Translations under genes and position numbers: made by a program | Origin: Narcine bancroftii | Taxonomy: Eukaryota | Assembly (NCBI RefSeq): GCF_036971445.1 | Contig: NC_091469.1 | Span: 305,350,001-305,414,000, forward strand | Direction: 5' to 3' | DNA: 64,000 bases | Shown: piece by piece, positions 39,910 to 51,303 of the stretch | How positions within the stretch are numbered: position 1 is the first letter of the stretch | Layout: each line of letters opens with the position of its first letter | Notes under the pieces: model-generated | What the model was told of the DNA's origin: nothing | Seen by the model: only the letters and a program-made list of their open reading frames with translations | Databases searched by the model: none

Positions 39910-40066
39910 GTCCGTTTGAGATAATTCACAGAAGAACGGTTGAATGACAATACTTTCATGATAGCAGTACGTAGTTTGGAAGAAAATTTATTCAAACACG
40001 GACCATGTTCGAAATTCCAGATTATCAGTACACCGGCCACCTACATCGCTCTGAGCAAGAAATAAG
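39910..40066 (+). other. Candidate internal non-coding exon (possible RAG2 5'UTR exon)
   Basis: Strong acceptor (T-run + gtAG at 39897-39909) and strong donor AAG|GTATGT around 157 nt of non-repeat sequence, same strand as RAG2 and about 11 kb upstream. No transcript evidence available. Confidence 0.45.
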
Positions 40067-40301
40067 GTATGTTCTCTTTTAAGTGAAGTGGAGAAACAAC
40101 ATTCTACTTTCTAAAAAAAAATCACATTGTAAGATTGCAAAGGAAAAAGGCAAGCAACAAAGTATATTTGCTTCTGCTTCTCCTTGAATTTTTTAAAGGA
40201 TTAGTTGAATACTTTAAGACAACTGTGTCTGTGCTAGCTCAGTGCCCCACATTTCTACATTTCATTTTAAAAAATGATCAACACTTTTGCAAAGCATACA
40301 A

Positions 40302-40670
40302 AGCTCTCCACTGGCCTCCGTGACAGAAGTGCACCAAAGAAGAGGTACAAGGACTGCCTAAAGAAAGCTCTTGGTGCCTCCCCCATTGACCACCGCCAGT
40401 GGGCTGATCTCGCCTCCAACCGCGCATCTTGGTGCCTCACAGTTCGGCGGGCAGCAACCTCCTTGGAAAAAGACCGCAGAGCCCACCTCACTGATGAAAG
40501 ACAAAGGAGGAAAAACCCAAAACCCAACCCCAACCCACCCATTTTCCCTTGCAACCGCTGCAACCGTGTCTGCCTGTCCCGCATCGGACTTGTCAGCCAC
40601 AAATGAGCCTGCAGCTGACGTGGACATTACCCCTCCATAAATCTTCGTCCGCGAAGCCAAGCCAAAGAAG
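40302..40670 (+). mobile_element. RTE-clade LINE 3' fragment
   Basis: LSTG...RYKDCLKKAL...CLSRIGLVSHK plus hairpin and tail. Confidence 0.93.
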
Positions 40671-41126
40671 ACAATATCCTGTGCCACAAATACTAAAACA
40701 TGATTTATTCCAGCAGCCTTTTCCATGAAACAATTTCTTCCAACATTTGTTCTCACTTTCCAAACAGTGTTTAAGTTGATAACTCCTCTTACGGATTTAC
40801 CAGTTTGTGGAAGTATAACTCATCTTAGCTCTACAAAAATCAAATAGGCTCAGTACATCTGGCATCAGTGGCCTAGATGTTACGGCATAACGCATAGAAC
40901 ACATGCCTAACCTAAGTTTGAATTCTATATCTGAGAATTTGCCTAACAGACTGGTTAAAGTTTGAAAGAATTTAAAAGAAATCCTTAGCCTTGTTCCTGA
41001 TAATTCATTGAATCTAATAAAATTTCCAGTGAAAGGGAGTCTTCTTCAATCAGTACGCCAATGATTGCAGTCAATAAAAATTAGGAGATTGCCTACAGAG
41101 TGCTGCCTTCCACATGTATGTGAGTG

Positions 41127-41289
41127 NNNNNNNNNNNNNNNNNNNNNNNNNNNNNNNNNNNNNNNNNNNNNNNNNNNNNNNNNNNNNNNNNNNNNNNNNN
41201 NNNNNNNNNNNNNNNNNNNNNNNNNNNNNNNNNNNNNNNNNNNNNNNNNNNNNNNNNNNNNNNNNNNNNNNNNNNNNNNNNNNNNNNNN
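41127..41289. other. Assembly gap (163 N)
   Basis: N run. Confidence 1.
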
Positions 41290-41669
41290 TAAGGTAAGAT
41301 AAATTCAAATAGAAACATAAGATTCCAGGAGTGAGTGCTGTGAAGCTACTTCTTGGTGAAATCTATAATTAGGGAACACATAATGGACCATCCTTTTAAG
41401 AGAACTGAATTTCTTATTTTGAACAACTGAAAGCCTTTGGACGTCTCATTTCAGAGTGCTGTGAATGCTGAGTTATTAGGTGTATTTAAAGTTTGCAAAT
41501 AGGTCCATTTTTAACAACATTGGAATTAACAGTAATGGGGAAATCTGACAGGAAGTTGGAGTAAAAGCCAACATGCAGATCAGTCATAATCTTAAGGAAC
41601 TGCTGAGTAAAAGATGAGGGCCTTCAGCCTCCTGTCACTCCTGTTTTATATTTTATCATCAGATATACT

Positions 41670-42175
41670 CTCCATGCACAACAAAAGCAACCTCCCCATA
41701 GCCAACCATTCTAATTCTGAGTCACACTCTCAAGCTCACATCTGTCCATGGCCTTTCACACAACACCGCCCTGACCACAACATCTCATTTTTTTGTCTGG
41801 GCACCCTCCAACCCCACAGCATGAATATTGAGTTCATAGCATTCCACTAATCAGCTTGCCTCCCCCCCCCTCCCCCGCCCCCTTAACTCGTTATTCCAGT
41901 TCCTACTTCCTTTCTCTCCTCCCCCTCCTGCGGTGTTTCCCCCCCTCAACCTATCATCTCCCACCCTCACCACCTCCCCTCCCCCCCCACCCCATTCCCC
42001 CTTTTGTTCAGACATCTCTAATGTTCCCCCACACCTTGATGAAGGGCTCAAGCCCGAAATGTTGGTGATGTATCTTCAACTTTGCTACATAAAGGCACTG
42101 TTTGACCTGCTGAGTTTCTCCAGCATTTGTGCATTTTTTCACTGAACCACGGTGTCAACAGAATCCTGTGTTTTA
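41670..42175 (+). mobile_element. Penelope-like element 3' fragment
   Basis: LPIANHSNSESHS...HLIFCLGTLQPHSMNIEF (GIY-YIG tail) followed by the gatgaagggctcaagcccgaaatgttg...gacctgctgagtttctccagca terminal repeat; related terminal pieces at about 1380-1500, 6215-6310 and 54880-55025. Confidence 0.75.
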
Positions 42176-44085
42176 CCCCTACATAATTTTATGGATTGAT
42201 ATTATATCTCAATTTTCATTTCATGGATTCTGTTCAGTATAGGAACAATTCTACGTGAAATATTCTATTATAAATAACCATAGTGTAACTGTTAACCAAG
42301 AACTGATGAACTCATCACATCACTATAAAAGCCATGAGCAATAGAAGTTACGGATTAGAGATTTGAATAGCAAAATCAGAGCTAGGTCATAATTCATCAA
42401 TTGTTTTATGCTGATTTAACAAATTCTTTATAGATTGCAAGGATGGCATAGATGTAAATATACAGAACTTCAATACCCAGAGTTAAGGATTTAGTCTTAA
42501 TTCAGGATGAGATGTCCAAGAGATTCCACATGCTAATAAAGGGCAAGGCTAGGTACTAGTATTTTCAGTAATTTATACATAAACATATTCATTATCTTCC
42601 ACATTTGAAATGCACTACGTCATTGATGCATCTGCTATGCACTAGTATTTGATCTCAACAAGAAAGTGCTTTGTATCATCTCCACCAGCTGTAAATGCTC
42701 TTTAAAATATCCTACATTGCTTCTGTACTGCACATTTACCAAGTGTTCTGCAACTTCTAGTTCTGCAAGCAATCCCAGTCTCCTCAACTTTTTGCACTGT
42801 ACAGGTAATATTATTTTGCTGTAATGATCATATAAAAGGCAAGCATACTCTATTGTTTTGGTAGTCATTCTAACTAACGGCTATCGTGTATGTAAAATTG
42901 ATTTCTATTATTGAATGCAAAACAAGTATTTTCAGGAAAATTAATTCTTGTCTCTTATTTGCTACTATCATTTGATGCTCAATGATTTAAATAGCTGGAT
43001 TCCATATCGAGTTAACTTACTAAACTTTAGAACAATATTAATTAACTTTATCCATTAAGCTTCAGGTTAAATAACGTTACTGTTATTCTGCAAAGGAATA
43101 AACTGCTAAGAAATAAAGATCATGTTTCATTGTGAATAAGTCATTTCCTAAACACCAATTAAAAATGAGGAACCCCTAGAAGTAGTAGTTATTCAATATA
43201 TCTACATTAAGGACAAGGAAGGTCTATGTACGAAAATGATACAGATTACAATAGTCAATCAAGTGCAACTGGACTAATGGTTATGTAATTGAAAATGCAG
43301 ATTTAGAAAAGGTGCTGAATTAAAATATGTGAGTCATCTTACTGGCAAAAGGTTAAGGTGACTTGAAATACATCAATAAACAAAGAGAAAAGGTTAAAAA
43401 AAAAAGCACATTTAGGTGGGGTTTTTCTCATTCATCTTCTGAAGTCCAAAAGTTATTTATATCTGCAAGAGTATTTCTTGAGCAACGTGGAAAATTATTT
43501 ACTGAAACGTAAAAATTAACAATTCAGAAGTGGGCTCAATATATCTGTGCCACCAAAAGAAAAGCAATCAGTTTAGTCCCATCTTCTGGTTCAATCTGTT
43601 ATCTTACAGGCAGTGGCTCTTTCAAGTGTTCTTCTGGGCAAAGTTTTAATGTGATTAAAGTTATTGCCACCACCGTTCTTTGCATGGAAAAATCTATTCA
43701 TTTGTAGTTCTTTCCCCAATTACCTTAAATCTATCTTCCCTAACTGAACATATCTGCCAAAGGAAATTAACCTTCTTTGACATCCTCTCCTCATTTTATA
43801 TATCTCAAATCTACAAAGAATGGTCAGAATATGCAAAGGACTAATGAACAACTTGAAGTCAATCTGAATCTCTGTGGAAGCAAATGAAAGACAAAATGTG
43901 CCCAAAACTAACATTGGTTTATATCACAACTACAGTTAACAATGGCTTAGTAACAGTTGGTTTTTTGTAAGAAAAAATATATAAAGTATTGCTAAACTCT
44001 TCTTAGAAGCCAAAATAAATATAAGAATAAATACTTAAATATTAAAAGTTAATGCCAAGTTATATTAACTAATAAGAACTTGTAA

Positions 44086-45700
44086 TACAAAAACAAAGGC
44101 GAGAAATCAGACTGCTCAAACTACAGGGGAATCACATTGCTCTCCATTGCAGGCAAAATCTTCGCTAGGATTCTACTAAATAGAATAATACCTAGTGTCG
44201 CCAAGAATATTCTCCCAGAATCACAGTGCGGCTTTCGCGCAAACAGAGGAACCACTGACATGGTCTTTGCCCTCAGACAGCTCCAAGAAAAGTGCAGAGA
44301 ACAAAACAAAGGACTCTACATCACCTTTGTTGACCTCACCAAAGCCTTCGACACCGTGAGCAGGAAAGGGCTTTGGCAAATACTAGAGCGCATCGGATGT
44401 CCCCCAAAGTTCCTCAACATGATTATCCAACTGCACGAAAACCAACAAGGTCGGGTCAGATACAGCAATGAGCTCTCTGAACCCTTCTCCATTAACAATG
44501 GCGTGAAGCAAGGCTGTGTTCTCGCACCAACCCTCTTTTCAATCTTCTTCAGCATGATGCTGAACCAAGCCATGAAAGACCCCAACAATGAAGACGCTGT
44601 TTACATCCGGTACCGCATGGATGGCAGTCTCTTCAATCTGAGGCGCCTGCAAGCTCACACCAAGACACAAGAGAAACTTGTCCGTGAACTACTCTTTGCA
44701 GATGATGCCGCTTTAGTTGCCCATTCAGAGCCAGCTCTTCAGCGCTTGACGTCCTGCTTTGCGGAAACTGCCAAAATGTTTGGCCTGGAAGTCAGCATGA
44801 AGAAAACTGAGGTCCTCCATCAGCCAGCTCCCCACCATGACTACCAGCCCCCCCCACATCTCCATCGGGCACACAAAACTCAAAACGGTCAACCAGTTTA
44901 CCTATCTCGGCTGCACCATTTCATCAGATGCAAGGATCGACAATGAGATAGACAACAGACTCGCCAAGGCAAATAGCGCCTTTGGAAGACTACACAAAAG
45001 AGTCTGGAAAAACAACCAACTGAAAAACCTCACAAAGATAAGCGTATACAGAGCCGTTGTCATACCCACACTCCTGTTCGGCTCCGAATCATGGGTCCTC
45101 TACCGGCACCACCTACGGCTCCTAGAACGCTTCCACCAGCGTTGTCTCCGCTCCATCCTCAACATCCATTGGAGCGCTTTCATCCCTAACGTCGAAGTAC
45201 TCGAGATGGCAGAGGTCGACAGCATCGAGTCCACGCTGCTGAAGATCCAGCTGCGCTGGGTGGGTCACGTCTCCAGAATGGAGGACCATCGCCTTCCCAA
45301 GATCGTGTTATATGGCGAGCTCTCCACTGGCCACCGTGACAGAGGTGCACCAAAGAAAAGGTACAAGGACTGCCTAAAGAAATCTCTTGGTGCCTGCCAC
45401 ATTGACCACCGCCAGTGGGCTGATAACGCCTCAAACCGTGCATCTTGGCGCCTCACAGTTTGGCGGGCAGCAACCTCCTTTGAAGAAGACCGCAGAGCCC
45501 ACCTCACTGACAAAAGGCAAAGGAGGAAAAACCCAACACCCAACCCCAACCAACCAATTTTCCCTTGCAACCGCTGCAATCGTGTCTGCCTGTCCCGCAT
45601 CGGACTGGTCAGCCACAAACGAGCCTGCAGCTGACGTGGACTTTTTACCCCCTCCATAAATCTTCGTCCGCGAAGCCAAGCCAAAGAAAGAAAAAAGAAG
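44086..45700 (+). mobile_element. Young RTE-clade LINE copy with one +1 frameshift
   Basis: Near-identical to the 49.1-50.8 kb copy. A C8 run (C7 in the other copy) at about 44848-44855 splits the ORF. Candidate TSD AATACA at 44084-44089 and 45701-45706. Confidence 0.95.
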
Positions 45701-45807
45701 AATACATTTTAAATGGGTGAAAATGGTACCACGTTTACCTCATTTATTGTGAACCATAAAAATGATTTTTAAAAATCAGTTTCAATATTTCTCTGATTTT
45801 CCATATA

Positions 45808-46528
45808 CAGGCACATAATCTTTTATCCAAAACCAATGAGACCAGACACTTTTCAGAATTTGGAATTTTTCAGATAATAGAATAATAGTAACGTTGGTAC
45901 ATTAAGTAATCGTGCTGATTTCAGATTCACATAAAAGAAAGACACACTCCAACTAGAAGGGTTTCTGGACGGTGGGGGGGGTGTTGCAACAGCACTGGGT
46001 GGGGGGGGTATTGTGATGGCGTTGGATGGGGGATGTTGGTGGCGCTGGACGGGGGGGGGGGGTTTCGAACCCACTCAACATACAGTGAAGATCTGCGTTT
46101 TTTGCGCAATGCTATGTTTTCCTATTTTCCATTGGTTTCTGGTCATCACTGTCACTATGTACATGATGGTAATTTCCACTCCATAACCTTCAGTAAGGCA
46201 CCGCACAGATACACCATGATCAAGCTTCTGCAAAGGTTTCACTTTCTGTGCTATCGATAATGACAGATTCTTCCTTTTCTGTTACCTTTAGGGGACTCTG
46301 CAGCTCTTCTTGAAATTTTCACAGTCTTCAAATTCCGTGAGCAGCAGAGGCCTGTCTGACTGGTAGGAGCACTGAGACATGCTGAACAGGTTGGGGGGGG
46401 GGGTGTCGCATCGGATCATGTAGGGCGCCAAACGCGAGCTTTGGTGTGCAGACGACATCCATGGAAAAAAATGTTTGGTGTTCGGAGGTTTCAGATTTTA
46501 GAATTTTGGATAAAAGATTAAGTACCTG
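45808..46528 (-). mobile_element. Tigger/pogo (Tc1-mariner) deletion derivative
   Basis: TIRs CAGG(C/T)AC(A/T)TAATCTTTTATCCAAAA with TA on both flanks; internal remnant KRKNLSLSIAQKVKPLQKLDHGVSVRCLTEGYGV resembles a CENP-B/Jerky-type N-terminal HTH. Confidence 0.85.
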
Positions 46529-47007
46529 TATTACCACTTTATTCAACTACTGATGTTAAAAAGTCATGAATAGATCATTAATGTACTGAAAGACCCACAC
46601 CAAATTACCAGATATGATGCCAATAATTGAAATTCATCATAAGTACAGACATTTCTCATTGTTGATTCAAGAGTAAGTCCCAATTTCAGATGTTATTACG
46701 TCCTGCATAAGGCAACTTCACTATGCACAGGATTCATATTTTAAAAACTGTAAAATCTTCTTTAACTTACCATGAAGTTAAGTGACTTAAAATATTTAAG
46801 ATATGGATGTAATTATGCTGCAAGTTGACCTACTATGCATATAGGATTTAAATTTACAACTGTTGTATTTTAATATGACACAAATCAAGTGCCAATTACA
46901 AGGGGTCAACATTATTTACTTTGACTTCCAAACAATGAACAAAAGCCAAAACCATAAATAAAAACAATGGAACATTATATGTAAATTCAGAATGAATAAC
47001 ATTAATA

Positions 47008-47351
47008 TTTACTCCATCGAGGACATCTACATGAGGCAATGTCTTAAAAAAGCAACCACTATCCTCAAAGACCCCCACCACCCAGGCCATGCCCTCTTCA
47101 CTCTGCTCCCATCGGAAAAAAGGTTCAGGAATCTAAAGACGAGCACTCAGCGGCACAAGCACAGACTCTTCCCCACTGCCATCAGATCATCAATGAACCA
47201 AAGACACTGCCTTTCTTTTTGTGCATTATTATTTTTTTGTTTATAGTAATGTTGTAAGATGGTTATAATATGAATGTTTGCTCTATGATGCTGCGGCAAA
47301 CCATCAAATATCATGACTTGTTTATGGCAATAAATTCTGATTCTGATTCTA
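47008..47351 (+). mobile_element. Rex1-type 3' fragment
   Basis: SIEDIY..QCLKKATTILKDPHHPGHALFTLLPS and (ATTCTG)n tail. Confidence 0.8.
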
Positions 47352-49132
47352 ATATCAGAATATTCTGTCCCTGTCCCTATATTAATATCTAATATTCAGT
47401 CCCTACTTGAAATTACTGAAAGATTTATAAGCAACAAGTCATCAAAATTGCTCAGTGGTCAATAATAGCTAAGAATGGAACATATAACTAGCTTATTCAC
47501 CACTTGGATCTTACAAATTCAAATATTAAAACCAAGTGAACAACATTCAGGTGCCAGTCCGGACTCGTGCTCAAGTATCAGTAGAGGTGTTTGAACAAAC
47601 AAAACTTGTGAATCAGGAGAGCATTAGGAACTGAGCTATGGCTAACACCTAATTACAGAAACACACAATAAATCCAAACCACTCATCCTGCCAATCTCAT
47701 TAAAATTCCTGCAGATTTTTCACATCTATTGCTAAAAATAAATACATCTATTCAATTAAACCCCTTTAGCACCTCAGGTGTTATAATAATCTTATTCCAC
47801 CTGAAAATAAATGTAAACATAATTCTGGGGTAATCATCTGGTTATACTAATAGAAATTATTTTTCCACTTTTAAAATTACAATGAAGAATCAAATGCCCA
47901 TTGCTTAATTTTACATGATATTTATGAATCATGGGGTTCTATGACAAGAATAATCAGTGAAACAGATGCATGTCCATCTAAGTTTCAGATTAAAATTAAA
48001 TTCGAGGAGGAGAATATAAAATTTTGGAAAGAATAATGTCAGTAACATTTGATCAATAGATTTTTAAATATTAAGAAAATCAAGAAATATGAGGCTCGTA
48101 GAAAAATAGCACTAAGGTAACATGATCTTTCTGAATGGAAAAACAGGCAAGAGAAGCCAAGCCTTTTATTCCAGCTTTGACTTTTTTTTTGCTCCTATTT
48201 TCAAATTCACTCTCTCATTAGATGGTGTCAATTTCTTCCAGCAGTGAAATGAAAAATGAGAAAACAATGATCCCAAGCCATCTGATGAGTAATAACCATT
48301 TGTGAAAAAAATAATACCCGTATTAATAGAGGAAATGCAGAGGGAATGGGTTGTTGGGTGATACTGATTTGTAGAGGAAAGGTGGCATAAATATTAAATG
48401 AGAAAATGGAATTAAATATATGTGGGGGTAAAGGGTAGAGGGAAAATACATGGGAATTAGATCAAAATGACCATTCTTTCAGAAACATAATTTGACATTA
48501 AATCTTCCCCAGTATTTAGATTTAGAATCTTCTTTGGGAATTATATAATTTTACACCTAATTTTAAAGGATTGTTTTTTGCCTTTTATAGATTACTTCTA
48601 AGATCTAGGGATAGTTTCCTAGGTGATATTCAGAAAGTATGGGAACAAGATTTTCAACAACCATTTGCCGTAACCATTTTGAAATGTGTCCACATTTTGT
48701 GCTAGGCATTCATTAATACAATTTCCATCATGCACACTTTTCTAAGGTTCAGTTAACCAATTTTCTCCTAATTTTTCTTCTAAACAAAGGTTAAGGCCTG
48801 CATTCTGACTTTACCTTTCACATTAGCAGATGACTAATGGGTCCAGAAATTCAATGGTGCCCTGTCAGCTTTTCAGTCCAAGAAGTTACGTTGCCCTTCC
48901 TGACCCCAGATTTAAGACCATGAGATAGTTCTTAATGAATACCAGACACGACTAAACTTTTCTTCCTGGTTAGTTTACCCAACCATCTAGAATATTTCTC
49001 TCCCATTTCTGTTCCACAATCAATTCTCCTCTATCTTGATCAACCCAACCTCTCTCTGTTCTTTCTTTTCCCTTTCCTAGGACCAACCATGGGAATGCCT
49101 AGCAATGATCTCAGGTTAACAGCCCCTTCTAT

Positions 49133-50823
49133 CTCTTTCTTCTTTCTTCTTTGGCTTGGCTTCGCGGACGAAGATTTATGGAGGGGGTAAAAAAGTCCAC
49201 GTCAGCTGCAGGCTCGTTTGTGGCTGACCAGTCCGATGCGGGACAGGCAGACACGATTGCAGCGGTTGCAAGGGAAAATTGGTTGGTTGGGGTTGGGTGT
49301 TGGGTTTTTCCTCCTTTGCCTTTTGTCAGTGAGGTGGGCTCTGCGGTCTTCTTCAAAGGAGGCTGCTGCCCGCCAAACTGTGAGGTGCCAAGATGCACGG
49401 TTTGAGGCGTTATCAGCCCACTGGCGGTGGTCAATGTGGCAGGCACCAAGAGATTTCTTTAGGCAGTCCTTGTACCTTTTCTTTGGTGCACCTCTGTCAC
49501 GGTGGCCAGTGGAGAGCTCGCCATATAATACGATCTTGGGAAGGCGATGGTCCTCCATTCTGGAGACGTGACCCATCCAGCGCAGCTGGATCTTCAGCAG
49601 CGTGGACTCGATGCTGTCGACCTCTGCCATCTCGAGTACCTCGACGTTAGGGGTGTGAGCGCTCCAATGGATGTTGAGGATGGAGCGGAGACAACGCTGG
49701 TGGAAGCGTTCTAGGAGCCGTAGGTGGTGCCGGTAGAGGACCCATGATTCGGAGCCGAACAGGAGTGTGGGTATGACAACGGCTCTGTATACGCTTATCT
49801 TTGTGAGGTTTTTCAGTTGGTTGTTTTTCCAGACTCTTTTGTGTAGTCTTCCAAAGGCGCTATTTGCCTTGGCGAGTCTGTTGTCTATCTCATTGTCGAT
49901 CCTTGCATCTGATGAAATGGTGCAGCCGAGATAGGTAAACTGGTTGACCGTTTTGAGTTTTGTGTGCCCGATGGAGATGTGGGGGGGCTGGTAGTCATGG
50001 TGGGGAGCTGGCTGATGGAGGACCTCAGTTTTCTTCAGGCTGACTTCCAGGCCAAACATTTTGGCAGATTCCGCAAAGCAGGACGTCAAGCGCTGAAGAG
50101 CTGGCTCTGAATGGGCAACTAAAGCGGCATCATCTGCAAAGAGTAGTTCACGGACAAGTTTCTCTTGTGTCTTGGTGTGAGCTTGCAGGCGCCTCAGATT
50201 GAAGAGACTGCCATCCGTGCGGTACCGGATGTAAACAGCGTCTTCATTGTTGGGGTCTTTCATGGCTTGGTTCAGCATCATGCTGAAGAAGATTGAAAAG
50301 AGGGTTGGTGCGAGAACACAGCCTTGCTTCACGCCATTGTTAATGGAGAAGGGTTCAGAGAGCTCATTGCTGTATCTGACCCGACCTTGTTGGTTTTCGT
50401 GCAGTTGGATAATCATGTTGAGGAACTTTGGGGGACATCCGATGCGCTCTAGTATTTGCCAAAGCCCTTTCCTGCTCACGGTGTCGAAGGCTTTGGTGAG
50501 GTCAACAAAGGTGATGTAGAGTCCTTTGTTTTGTTCTCTGCACTTTTCTTGGAGCTGTCTGAGGGCAAAGACCATGTCAGTGGTTCCTCTGTTTGCGCGA
50601 AAGCCGCACTGTGATTCTGGGAGAATATTCTCAGCGACACTAGGTATTATTCTATTTAGTAGAATCCTAGCGAAGATTTTGCCTGCAATGGAGAGCAACG
50701 TGATTCCCCTGTAGTTTGAGCAGTCTGATTTCTCGCCTTTGTTTTTGTACAGGGTGATGATGGTGGCATCACGAAGATCCTGAGGCAGTTTACCTTGGTC
50801 CCAACAAAGCTTGAAAAACTCAT
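49133..50823 (-). mobile_element. Young RTE-clade LINE (AviRTE-like), 5'-truncated, RT frame open
   Basis: RT motifs NYRGITLL, QCGFR, FVDLTKAFD, GVKQGC, LFADD; C-terminal CCHC finger CNRCNRVCLSRIGLVSHKRAC; 3' hairpin CTTCG-TCCG-CGAAG and GAA/GAAA tail. Endonuclease absent. Confidence 0.95.
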
Positions 50824-51256
50824 CCCACCATGAATTAATCTCTAGTTGAAGTACACTCAACCCCACACAGGCCTCTAAAGATTTAAAAATTCCTTTGATT
50901 CTATACCCACTGATGTTCTGAAGGAAGAACAATACTCAAAATCAGAAAAATACCCTGAGCTAGAATTCCAAAGATATGGAGTCTACAGTATGAATATTTA
51001 TTGAAAATGAATTCTTGTAACAATGTGGGAATACAATGACAGTGTGTATTGTTAAGAAGTCAATTTGCTTGATACTCTCATGAATAGCACAAAGCAAAAC
51101 TGTAAGTAATTCAGTTTTAAAATATCTTATTAATCATCAGTTTATAGCTAAGTAACAGCATTTATACACGTAATGTCAAAGAATGATCAGCTCACCATCC
51201 TTACATTCTGTAATAATCAGTATGTCTTGATTTTCTTTTCATTTCTAACCTAATTT

Positions 51257-51303
51257 TACATTCAGTTTCCTTTCAGAGGTCCAACCAGAATTCTACTGCA
51301 ACA
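51257..51303 (+). other. RAG2: Splice acceptor and 27-nt 5'UTR part of the RAG2 coding exon
   Basis: Polypyrimidine tract ttcagtttcctttcAG; exon starts at 51277, 27 nt before the ATG. This matches the acceptor position I recall for mammalian RAG2 and implies upstream non-coding exon(s). Confidence 0.8.

Noticed and set aside
50824-50932. N-terminal extension of the 576-aa RT ORF
   Set aside because: Starts at TTG in flanking DNA; RTE homology begins at about 50823, so this is read-through of a 5'-truncated copy, not a fusion gene.
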